The translations under genes were made by a program, and so were the position numbers. Below, piece after piece: positions 34,931 to 45,995 of a stretch of DNA of 64,000 nt. Source of the DNA: Emiliania huxleyi CCMP1516 (Eukaryota); NCBI RefSeq assembly GCF_000372725.1, contig NW_005201392.1:599660-663659 (forward strand). The letters run 5' to 3'. Numbering within the stretch: the stretch's first letter is position 1; each line of letters begins with the position of its first letter. The notes beneath the pieces were generated by a model that saw only the letters and a program-made list of their open reading frames with translations, was not told the origin of the DNA and searched no databases.

Positions 34931-36320
34931 TGTGTGTCGTCTCCACGCTGTTGCTAACGTTTCCCCTTGCCGTCCGCGTCGGGGGAGGGCGGCGCGGAGC
35001 CCCTTCCCGTACTCGAGTAGCACCCAGGGCAGAGCTGGGGCGCTATCCACCTCCAGGGCTGTCTGGGCTCTCCGAGTCTGGGCTCTGGCTGCTCGCCAGC
35101 CAACCGTACGCCCAACTCTGCGCCCGGCGAGTGGGTTTGGCAAATCAGTGGCAAAAGCTGGGCAGGCGACAGCGAGAGCCGAGACGTACAAAAAGTGTGC
35201 AAACCTGTGGTATCGCGGGTGGATCGGCGGCAACGAGAGACGCGTGCGCCAGCGACAGCAAAGCGTCCAGCAGACGGAGGACCACCGAAAGCGGGAGTTT
35301 GATCGGTACAGGAACACCCTGCCAGATCCCTTCAGGTCATGCAAAATAAATCCGAGAGCCCAGTGAGACTGAGAGGATACCGGGCGTTTGCTTGGCAGGA
35401 GGGACGCAGCACACCGATGACTTTTCGTGCGGAGAGGCGCTGGCGGAGCGAGCTTCTCAATCAAGCTGTGAACACTGTCGTTGCTGTCTCTCTCCCTTCT
35501 CGACTGTCTGTGCTTGTGCGTCTTGGGTCCGGAATTGTCTTTGACTTTTTTAATTTTTTTGGCCTGCCACTGTGGGCCTGCGCTGAAGCGTTCTCCCCGG
35601 GTAGTCTCTGTGATCGGCCTCCATTCATCGTGTACTCGGTGATCGTTGTGGGTCCACGAGGAGAACGCGGTCAGCGCCGCGCCGGATCTCTCTGAGAGCC
35701 GGCGCGGATCGCGGATGCGACTCAAGGCTCTGCCGGGCGGGTCTGCGGCCGGGCGCCTGCCGGACTGCGGGTCCAAAATGCCCTGGCGCTCGCGCGCGCC
35801 ACCGCCCCCGGCGCGGGGTGGGAAGTCAGAGGGCCCAACAGGAGAATCGTGCTTTGAGTGGGGTTGTTTGGTGTTGGGTTGGGTTTTGGTTGGGTTGGGT
35901 TGTTCCGCGTGAGGTTGGGTCGTCGGCGCGAAGGGTGAGGTCTCGACCGCCGCCGCTCACGCCAGCGGACGGCCACCATCGGTGTTTTTGGCTTCGCCAC
36001 CGTCCAAAGCGTGCGCAATGCGCTCGCCGGCATCGAGCGAGCACGCCTGTCCGACGAGCGGCTTGCTGTGCGGACGCCTTCTTGTGGCTCTCGTCGAGAG
36101 CGTTTTGCGTCCCGGCGGGTGGGAGAATGTGTGTCGTCTGATGTGTCACTGTGTGCGTCACATCAGTCTTGATAGCAAGCACGGTCGATCCGTCAAAGCG
36201 ATACACTCTTCCTATCGCAATCCTACATCTTCTACCAGGTACTGTTGTGGGCTAAAGTCTGCCCAGGTTGTGAGGGACACGATCCCGGCGTGAACACAAC
36301 TTACTGACGGATCCGCTCCT

Positions 36321-36360
36321 GACAGTGGCACGCGCCGCGCTCGCGGCGCGTGCCACTGTC
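36321..36360. repeat. perfect 19-bp-arm palindrome
   Basis: GACAGTGGCACGCGCCGCG-CT-CGCGGCGCGTGCCACTGTC. Confidence 0.9.
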
Positions 36361-36866
36361 TTTGTTTGAAGTAAAAAGTCGAATCAGAGCGGTGTCGGCG
36401 CTGTCGCCTGTCCCGCGATTTTGTCCCCCGGACCGCCCGTCCGGACCGCTCCGGGACGCACGCCGGCGAAGCACCATCAAGTTGCTGTACGGCCCCGGCA
36501 TCGCCTTCCTTCCCAGGCTTAGCTAGACTGAGAGATATTGTGCACATGGTTGGTCTCTACAATATATACACTGACACTGAACCTCCCAGAGCTCGTCCCG
36601 GTCCGTTACGGCCATCCTCGGCCTCCGGAGGGCCCCCGGCCGCGGCGCGGTGCGGCGGAGTCACAAACAAATCCGACGGCAGAGCACCGGGACGCGGTCG
36701 GGCGATCTGAGGCCCAACTAGGCGTATGCATTGCCCATCCAGGGCTATCACCTGGACCTATCAACAGGCGCCGCGCGCCGTGCTCAGGAGCTGCTGCTCC
36801 AACCTGTTCACACTTCTTCGTACGGCGCAGTAGGACTAATCCTGACTGGGCCTGCGCTGAAGATCT

Positions 36867-38819
36867 ATGAGCGAGGAAGCCGGCGAGGCGGCTGTCCAGG
36901 GCCAAGTTGGCGACGCGCTGGGGTGCGCGAGTCCCTCCGCGGGTGCTGCCACCGCCTCCGCGCCCGTCGACGCCGGAGTCCCCACGCTTCCGATGAAGCG
37001 CAAGTCGCCGCCACCCGAGGATTCAGAGCAAGAGCCGGAAGCGGCCGTGGGTGGGAGACTGCTAATGCACGTTCAAATGGGAGGCCCGCCCCCCACAGCA
37101 GCGCCGGCTATCGAGGCCGCACCCGTGGTGCAGGCGGCAGCGGTCGCCGAGGCGGTCGCTGCGGCGGTTTCCGCCGGCCCGCCCGTTCAGCGGCCGAGGG
37201 GCCGCGCGCCGAACGACGAGAGCGGGCGGCCAAAGGTGTGGAACCCAAATTTGGCCTGCTGGGTGACGGAGGAGCGGCAGCGGCAGCGCATCGATGCGCT
37301 GCCGTATGGCCACATCCCTGTCGATGATGCGCTCGATGCGCTGGAAGTGGAGGTCGCGCGGAAGCGGCAGGCGGACCCGGGGTGGCGGCTCAGCAGCAGG
37401 TACGAGATGGCGGCGCCATGGGGCGATCGTAGGTGGATGGCGGGGCATTGGGTGATGAACCGCTCGGCCGATCGCGAGAATTGGAAAGCGATACGCGCCA
37501 AGCGCGCCAAGATGACCGAGCGGCAGCGGCAGCGACTCGACGCGCTTCCCTACGTCGGCGCGGCGGCGAAGCAAGTCCCGCTCGGAGGAGCTGCTGGAGT
37601 GTACCAGCCGCCCGGCCCCCAGCCGCAGACGACAGAGGCGGAGGGGCTGCGGCTGCACCTCTCCAGCCGCAACGCCACCGGCTACAAGGGCGTGCAGGCG
37701 GACGGGGACCGCTTCCTAGCGCGGCACTGGGTGGACGGCAAGGAGGCCGTCTCCCTCGGCACTTTCGCCACGCCGGTGGAGGCGGCGGTGGCGTACGCGC
37801 GGGCGGCCGGGCAGGCTCCAGCGGTGGCCGCGGAGGCGGAGGGGCTGCGGCTGCACCTCTCGAGCAGCAGCGTCACCGGCTACAGGAACGTGTTTAAGAA
37901 CCGCCATTCTAAATTCGTCGCGAGGCACAAGGTGGACGGGAGGAAGGTCTGCCTGGGAGGAAGGTCTTTCGACACGGCGGTGGAGGCGGCGGTGGCCTTC
38001 GCGCGGGCGGTCGGGCAGGTGGAGGCGGCAGGCGCGGGAGGGCCAGTGCGGGCCGCAGCGGCGGCGGCGGAGGGCGCAGAGGCGGCGGAGGGCGCAGAGG
38101 CGGCGCAGGCGGCGGCGGAGGAGCTGGAGAGGCTCGAGCTGCGGCAGGTGGTCGACCGGCTGCTCGCCAACGTCGAGCGGAGGGTGGCCACCGAGGCGTG
38201 GCAGGCGAAGTGGCAGGCGGAGCGGCAGGCGGAGCGCGAGGAGCGCCGCGCGCAGAAGTCCGCCCTCATGAAGACGGGCTCCGACAACGAGGCGGCAGCG
38301 GCACTCCTGCGGGTGGGCATTGTGGCGGAGGCGGAGGGGCTGCGCCTGCACCTCTCCAGCCGCAGCAGCACCGGCTACGCAGGCGTGCGCGAAGCCCGTA
38401 CTCGGGACCAGAAGAGGTGTCCCGCACTTTATGTGCGCCGGTACTCGAAGCGGGCGACCTTGCCTTGCCGCTTCGAGGCGCAGCGCAAGGTGGGCGGGCG
38501 GGCGGTCTGCCTCGGCACCTTCGATTCGGCGGTGGAGGCGGCGGTGGCGTACGCGCGGGCGGTCGCCGCCGACGCCCCCGTGCAGACGGACTCCGACAAC
38601 GAGGCGGCAGCGGCGCTCCTGCGGGTGGGCGTCGTGGCGGAGGCGGAGGGGCTGCGCCTGCACCTCTCGAGCAACAGTACCGGCTACAGGGGCGTGTACA
38701 AGGTCAACGGCCGCTTCCAGGCGGTGCAGATGGGCGGGAAGAAGGTCTCCCTCGGCTGTTTCGGCACGGCGGTGGAGGCGGCAGTGGCGTACGCGCGGGC
38801 GGTTGGGGAGCGCGAATAA
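36867..38819 (+). CDS. intronless 650-aa protein with four AP2/ERF-like DNA-binding domains
   Basis: Four repeats of AEAEGLRLHLSS...TGY.GV......RF.A......K.V.LG.F.T.VEAAVAYARA, matching the AP2 pattern (YxGV...xLGxFxTxEEAAxAY). AT-hook-like RPRGRAP upstream. Confidence 0.85.
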   Translation: MSEEAGEAAVQGQVGDALGCASPSAGAATASAPVDAGVPTLPMKRKSPPPEDSEQEPEAAVGGRLLMHVQMGGPPPTAAPAIEAAPVVQAAAVAEAVAAAVSAGPPVQRPRGRAPNDESGRPKVWNPNLACWVTEERQRQRIDALPYGHIPVDDALDALEVEVARKRQADPGWRLSSRYEMAAPWGDRRWMAGHWVMNRSADRENWKAIRAKRAKMTERQRQRLDALPYVGAAAKQVPLGGAAGVYQPPGPQPQTTEAEGLRLHLSSRNATGYKGVQADGDRFLARHWVDGKEAVSLGTFATPVEAAVAYARAAGQAPAVAAEAEGLRLHLSSSSVTGYRNVFKNRHSKFVARHKVDGRKVCLGGRSFDTAVEAAVAFARAVGQVEAAGAGGPVRAAAAAAEGAEAAEGAEAAQAAAEELERLELRQVVDRLLANVERRVATEAWQAKWQAERQAEREERRAQKSALMKTGSDNEAAAALLRVGIVAEAEGLRLHLSSRSSTGYAGVREARTRDQKRCPALYVRRYSKRATLPCRFEAQRKVGGRAVCLGTFDSAVEAAVAYARAVAADAPVQTDSDNEAAAALLRVGVVAEAEGLRLHLSSNSTGYRGVYKVNGRFQAVQMGGKKVSLGCFGTAVEAAVAYARAVGERE

Positions 38820-39808
38820 GAGGCAACTCGCAGCTCAAGATGCTCTCGCACCGGATGGCGTGTGGGGCGCGAGTATGTGGGTCTGTGAGCATGTGGGTCT
38901 GTGTTTGTGTCTATATGACCTATCCTCGCTATAAATAATAAAAGGGACGCTGCCGCGTACGGCTACGGGGGAACGGGGGAAGTGAGAACTGAGATGTGAG
39001 AGTACCACAGGAGGCACGCCGTCTTAGGTTTCTTTCGTGGTGTACCCCTGTGTGAGTGTGCCAGCCGTGCGCGCCAGAGTCACTTTGTTTGGGCGAACAG
39101 CAACAGGTGAGACGTCTCTGTCTCACGGGTGTTTCGTCCCTGTCTCAACGCTGTGCCACAAATGCGTCTCAGTAATGTCTCACGGACTCTCACCGATCTC
39201 TGCGTTGTCGTCTCAGCCTGGTCACAGCAACAGTCTCACTTTGTCTCAAGGTGATGTCACACACACGGGTCACGGCACAGTCACCTTCAGAGACGTGTTT
39301 GAGACACCAGTGAGACAAATGTTCACCCCTGCTGTGTGACACTGTCGTCTCTACTACGTCTCTTCATTTCATCCGTCAGAGCGTCTCACACTCGTCTCAC
39401 ACACGTCCTAGCAATGGACGACGGGGCACACGCACTCGCGGAACACAGGGCATTACACACGAGGCGTTGTGTGCGTTCTCAGGGAAAGGCATCACCACAG
39501 ACAAAAGGATAAAAGGATCCACAAAAGTATGTGTAGTCAGAGGGGCAGCAGTGGGGACCCCCACTCACGGCCCCGTGAGCGCCCTCCCTGCGATCTTTTT
39601 CGGCGATGCCGCCACCACACAGGGATTTTAAGGAGAGGGGTGTGATGCGCTAGCCGTCGCCCATTCGGGTACGTAGGTAAGAAAAAGAAAAAAAGAGAAA
39701 AGACCGATAGGGGAGGAGGACAGGAGATGCGCCAAGGAAATATCTTTTTCGGCGATGCCGCTACCTAGGTACTGTACGCGAAGGACGAAGGTGAGCACAC
39801 TGGCGCGC

Positions 39809-41716
39809 ATGCTTCGCTCCTCTCTCCGCCTGCTGCAACCATTTGCTCGCACAACGCGAGTCCACGGCCTGCACACGTCGGCTGCCGCACGCTCTGCCGC
39901 TGAACCTCTGTCGCCGCCCAGCGACGCTGAGCTGCTGGACCGTCTGCTGAGCGGTTCCATGTCGCAGCATCGGTGCCCTCACCAGCGCCTCCTCCCTCGC
40001 CATTGCTCACTCGCCACCGCCACCGCCCACGCCACCGCCCACGCCACCGCCACCGCCCACGTCCACGCCACCGCCACCGCCACCGCCACCACCCACGCCA
40101 CCGCCACCGCCCACGCCACCGCCCACGCCACCGCCCACGCCACCTCAGGCTCGAGGCGGAGCTCGGCGGCGACGCCGAGCGCGCGGTGCGCGTGCGGCGG
40201 CTGTACGTCGAGGCGGTCTCCGCCCAGGACGGCGTGGGTGACCCGGCCGCCGTGCTGTCGCTACCCGTCGAGGAAGTGGACGGCCCGGAGTTCTATTCGA
40301 GCGTGCTCGGCACCAACTGCGAGAACGTGGTGGGGTTCGTGCCTCTGCCGGTCGGCGTGATCCGGCCCCTCCTGCTCGACGGCCGCCGGCTTACGGCGCC
40401 GCTCGCGCCGACGAGCTCGCTGCCGAGCGGGTGATCGCCCTCCTGGTCACGCCATTGATGCGACGAGCAGGTGCCGCTCGCGACCACCGAGGGAGCGCTC
40501 ATCGCCTCGACCAACCGAGGCGCGCGAGCGATCGCGGCGGGCGAGGGCGTGAGGACGGAGCTGCTCGGCGACGGCATGACGCGCGCGCCGGTGGTGGAGT
40601 GTGTCGACTTGCGGCAGGTTGTGCGGGAGACACGCCTCCGAGAGCCTCCGAGACACCTCCGCGACCCTCCGAGACACTCCCCGAGAGCACCTCCGCGACA
40701 CCTCCGAGACCTTTCCCGCCTCCTCCCTCGCGCGCGACGCGGCGCTTCGTTCTCCGCACCGGCACGCGTGACGCGTCCACGCGGCGCGCGCCGGCAGGCG
40801 GCGGCGCTCAAGCGCTGGTTCGAGGCGCCCGACCGGCTGCCGGAGCTGCAACGCACCTTTTCGGCGACGTCTCGCTTCGGCCAGCTGCTCGGCGTCAAAG
40901 TCGCGCTCGCCGGGCGGCACGCGTTCGTGCGCTTCCGCTGCGCGACGGGCGACGCCATGGGCATGAACATGGTGGGCAAGGGCGTCAACACCGTGCTCGC
41001 GGAGGCGCTCGAGACGCCGGCGCTCGAGGGCGCGGAGCTGATCGGCCTCTCGGGCAACTACTGCACCGACAAGAAGCCGGCCGCGGTCGACGGGAGCTCG
41101 GCGGCCGCGAGATCGGCCAAGATCGATCGAGCTTACCGCAGAGGGCTTCCGGGCGTAGGTCAACTGGATCGAGGGGCGGGGCAAGCACGTCGCGGCGGAG
41201 GCGGTCATCCCTGCAAAGGCGGTGCGTGAGGTGCTCAAGGCGGAGCCGCTTCGCATCGCGCGCCTGAACGTCGCCAAGAACCTGCTCGGCTCGGCGCTCG
41301 CGGGGTCGATTGGCGGCTTCAACGCTCACGCGTCCAACCTGGTGACCGCCGTCTTCCTCGCCTGCGGCCAGGACCCCGCGCAGAACGTCGAGTCGTCGCA
41401 GTGCATCACCACCATCGAGGCGGTCCCCACGCCCGACGGCGACCACGACCTCCGCATCGCTTGCACGATGCCCTCCGTCGAGTGCGGCACCGTCGGCGGC
41501 GGCACTGCGCTGCCCGCGCAGGCGGCGTGCCTTCGGATGCTCGGCGTCGCGGGCGCCGCGGACCCGCCCGGGGAGAACGCGGCGCAGCTGGCGCGCGTCA
41601 TCTGCGCGACCGTGCTGTGCGGCGAGCTCTCGCTCATGTCTGCGCTCTCGTCCAACCACCTTATCTCTGCGCACCTCGCCCTCAATCGCCGGCCCGCGGC
41701 ACCCGCCGCCGACTGA
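39809..41716 (+). CDS. HMGR: 3-hydroxy-3-methylglutaryl-CoA reductase, class I, catalytic domain only; 5 exons
   Basis: [101 protein letters not shown]...AHLALNR. Introns at about 39973-40148, 40396-40470, 40618-40797 and 41086-41158. Confidence 0.97.
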
Positions 41717-42787
41717 GCGCGCACCTTCGCGCGCGCGTTCGGACCTCGGAGCGCCGCCACGCCCAGCGCTGGCCCCGCTGGCGGGCGTATTGAACCCCTG
41801 GCACGGCACGGCTTTGGCCTTTGCCTGCCCAGGCTCTGGATGGAATTGTTTGTCTATTTGTGGCTGCGAATAAGGGGGGAAGAGCGGGGAGGCGCCGGGG
41901 GATTTTTAAAAGTGACCTCTGCTCTCCGGGCGCTTGGTTCGTGGCCGGACCGGCCACAATCAAACCAAGCGCGTCGGCCCGTCGCCCGCAGTGTCCACTG
42001 TCTCTGTGCCTCACCCTCAGTGCTCAGCTGCTCAGACGGGCGGGGAGCCTCCCCCGCCCGCCGCCGTCTGGAGCGGCTTGACCGCTTCACCGCGCTACCC
42101 GCTAGTCGCCATCGGCGCGGCCGCGGGGGGCGGTTGCGACTGCGTCGCGGGCCGCGCGCAAGCGTGGCGTGGCGGGGCTCTTCGCTCCGCGGCACAGCCT
42201 GAGCCTCTCCGCCGCGCTCTTCCTCTGCGCTTCCTCTCCTGCGCGAATCGACCCGGCTAAAGACCCGGTCTCGGCAGCCTGAGCCGTGGACTCCAGCTAG
42301 CTGTGGACTCTACTACCCCAACCCCTCCCTCCCTCTCACTGGAGCCCCTGCAGCTATGAGCCGGTATCCGACACTTTTACTTGATGGAGCTCGAGCGGGC
42401 TCGCCAGCCTCTTCCAGCCCACTCGGGGGCTCGGCCGCCGCTGCGAGCGCGCAGCTGCGCCGCGCCCAGGAGCCTGGTGACCAGGAGCCTGGCGAGCGAG
42501 AGGCGCCCTCTCCGAGGTGAAGGGGCCGAGGCGAAAGGAGCAGGGAGGGGCCCAAGGAGCCTTCTTGCACTTGGGAGAATATTGGGGTCAGTGCTGATGA
42601 TCGATTGCACTGACTGGATACCCCCCCACACACACACAAGGCGCGGATACATGATATTCTTGTCCACCGCCGGTGAACTTATGAAACGAAACTTAGCGGC
42701 ACTGGATCCCCTACCCCCAGGGACCCGGAACAGGGCAATGTACCCCCCTTTTCTGCCATCGATCGACCATCGAGAGCTCCTAGCGGA

Positions 42788-43514
42788 ATGCCCTCCAGAA
42801 TGCCTTCGAGGAACATCACACCACCACCTCCGAATACGAGTACACACACCCTGATCCTCGCACTCTGCAGCGGGGCGCTGCTTTGGCCGGCCGCGGGTGT
42901 CGCCCTCCGCGCCTTGCGGCGGCGCCTGTGCAGCTGGGCGGCGGCGCTGCACCCGAGCGGCCAGTCCGAGCGCGGGTGCATCAAGGCGAGCGGCGCGCAC
43001 GACCCGGGGAGCGTGGATCTGTTCGGAACTGTATCGACGGACGCCGCAAAGCTCGGCTCGGAGGAGATGAATACCCTATTCGTGCCGAATCCAAGAGGCG
43101 GTCCACAGCTCTCGTCCTTCTCGAGCAACATCAAGGACCTCGGTGCGTCTCCGTCAGGCACCAAGACGCCGCGTCGCTTCGTGTGCCTGGTCCTGGACCT
43201 TCAAAACGAGTACGAGGCGTACTTGCAGCACACTGTCAGCGGTGCGAGACACTCAACGCCTCCCGTTCACACCGTGCCCCTTTCCCGCCTCCCTCGCCGC
43301 CTCGCCGCCTTTGCCCAAATGCCTCGCCGCCGCGCCCACCTCCACCGAACCTAGGACACAGCGGACACAGCCCGGCTCGATTTCTTCCACGCTGGCGCTG
43401 TTTAGGTGCGAATGCAGTCCTCGCAGCCTTTCGGAAGCGCGGACAGCCGGTGGTCTGGACCAACTGGTCGCGCGTTTTCGCGGAGTCCCACCTCTACTCC
43501 GCAGTCGACCGGTG

Positions 43515-43589
<75 letters not shown>

Positions 43590-44639
43590 CGCTCCCCCCC
43601 CCACACATCCACACGCAAAGCACACATCACACACACGCACGCCCCTGTCTTTCTCCAGGTACTACGGCCCGCGCGGCATCGCCAACAAGACCAACCCGGT
43701 CTACATCTGGAGCGACGGCGGCAACATCACGCTGCCGCCGCTCGCGCCGATCGACGACTCGGTGCAGCGCCTTCGCGCCTCTCCGGTGGGGCTCCGAGCC
43801 TCGGCGCCTGCGTGAATCACGGCGCTCTGCTGTGAGCAGGAGCGCTCGCGCGTGATCGAGAGCAACCACCTCTCCAAGTTTGCAGACTTGGACGGCAGCG
43901 GCCGCGAGATTCTCTACCCGATGCTCAAGGCTCCCCCCCCCCCCCCCCTCTGGCTCCCCTCTCCTTCTCCCTTCCTCCTCTCCCCCCTCTCCCTTCCCTC
44001 TCTCCCTCACCCCTCGCTCTGTCCTCGCCCCCTCTGTCCCAGCACCCGACCCCCCGCAGGCGTGGGGCGTCGACACGATCGTGCTGCTCGGGTCGTGGAC
44101 GGACGATTGCATCGCCGCCACCGCCTTCGACGCCGTCGACAGGCGCCACCTGCTCGTCAGAAGGCCGGCCATTGGACCCGGGGCAGGCGCGTGAGCGCGG
44201 GCTGGTGCCCTTTCGGGTAGGTACGGCTTCGACGTCCTGTTGGTGACGGATGCGGTGGCCACCGCCACGCCGCACGGCGAAAAGATGGTGGAGTGCATCG
44301 GCGCAGGCGCACTCGTCCGAGAGAGCGCCCGTCTTGCCCCCTTGGCCCTCGCCCCCTCTCTCCCCCTGACCGCATCTCACACACTCCCTCTCTTCCCTCC
44401 GCAGCCATCTGCACGCCGGTCACCTCGGCCGACGTCGCGAGCTACCTCGACGCCGCGCCGAGCGATATGGTGCTCCCGCCCACGGCGCCGCTGCACGGTG
44501 CGTCAGGCTCCGCCCCTCCCATCCCACCCCCCGCCTCAACGGCGCTGAGTACCGCTGCGTGTGCACGGTGTCGGATGCGGCAGGCTCCGTCTACCTGTCC
44601 TACGACCGGCACGTCTGCACACGCTCGCGCCACTCGTGA
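42788..44639 (+). CDS. isochorismatase-family cysteine hydrolase, about 8 exons (start uncertain)
   Basis: CLVLDLQNEY, AFRKRGQPVVWT, SNHLSKF, GVDTIVLLGSWTDDCIAATAFDAVDRYGFDVLLVTDAVAT match the family motifs (D..., G..T..C...T..dA...Gf.v..v.DA). Confidence 0.88.
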
Positions 44640-45164
44640 GACCGCCAAAGGTGTGCGAGGGGGGCGCGAGCGCGACGGCTCCCGACCGAACGTGTCCGGG
44701 ACCAGGATGTCACACTTTGATGCAAAACAGCATTTGTACATTGGGTTCTCGAGGTAGGGTTTGAACGACAACGAGCGTCACACACCATTTGCATGCATGC
44801 ATGAGCGCGACGTGGTCTGTCACATCTCTGTTCTCTCGGGGCGCGTTTTCTGCTTTTCTCGCTTGTTCGAGCGAGAAAAGACAAGGAAAAAACTACACCA
44901 CCCACACACAGATTCGCATGCATGAGAGACGTCGGTGGCCTAAGGCCTAACTGACAGCAGTAACAAATAACAGTAACACGAGGGGTCCAGTACCACGCGG
45001 AATCGACCCTATCCAGTGCTCAAGTGCTCAAGTATAACACGCGTGGTCCTCGAGGCGTGGTCCGGTGGGTAGACACACAGCCACACACACTAGGCCACAC
45101 AGTGACACAGACCTACTACCTAGTCACAATGACACTCAGCCAGTTGGGCTGCCACACACCCAAC

Positions 45165-45460
45165 GCTCGTCATGCCGCCCGTCATGGTGCGGCCATTGCT
45201 CGCCTTGCCAACGCTCGTTGCGCCGTCGCAGCTCGTCCCGCCGCGGCTCATCGCGCGATCGCGACCGCCGTCGCGGCTCGCCCCGCCATCGCCGCTCTTC
45301 GCGTCCGTACTCGGCGCGCTGTTGCTCATCACGCCAGCGACGCTCCTCGCCTGGTTAGGACATATTTGGTGTAATTTGGGGGGTGTACGCCGTGGCCAAC
45401 GACGGCGTCTGTTCACGCCTACAGCAATGAAGCGTATCCTTCCCGGGGCTGTTCCCTCCT
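45165..45460 (-). pseudogene. diverged duplicate of the 5' end and upstream region of the OPR-RAP gene
   Basis: Highly similar to 48065-48365 in the same orientation, with small indels. It is truncated before the repeats. Confidence 0.8.
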
Positions 45461-45995
45461 ATCTTCCTCGCGGTCAGGGAGCCGTTATCACACACAAGAC
45501 TCAATTTTGCTTCCATCTACGTGGGGTGGCTCGCGTGCTTGGCTCTCTCGATGCGGTGGTCGCAAAAAAGAAAGGGAGGACGGCCCCGAATTAGGAAGCT
45601 ATTCATGAGTAGGTAGGGTGTACACACTCCAAACAAACACTCCACCATTGTCTGTAGAAAGAACGCAAGCAGAACTTTATGATGAGCGTCCCAAGCAACG
45701 AACGAAAATGCGGCTCAGAACGCGATGCAGCCGTGAGCGTGACATGGGGTGTACCATTCGCTCTCCTTCACGTATGGGTCATTTGGCGTATCGGTGAGCG
45801 TTGACGCGGCCACGCGATAGCTGTCGGGTTTAATACAGCTTGCGTGACGCGTGTTCGTGCGTAAAATTCTCGTTTTTCTCGCGCGCGCCACTATTAATTA
45901 GCACTAACACCCAGGTCACAGGCACGTCGACGTCCACGAGGACAAAGGTACACCACGGGAGCCGCCCCTATTGAGAACAGTCAGTGTGCACAGTA

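Noticed and set aside
20720..35388. Shared GAGAGGATACCGGGC 15-mer suggesting homology of the 20.7-kb and 35.4-kb regions
   Set aside because: The similarity does not extend beyond the 15-mer.
33425..35776. 783-aa minus-strand ORF
   Set aside because: It lies antisense to GT77 exons, has an Arg/Ala/Pro-rich composition and no motifs, typical of a GC-rich shadow ORF.
39660..39685. Reverse-strand CTTACCT as a U1 snRNA 5' end
   Set aside because: No U1 stem-loops or Sm site follow.
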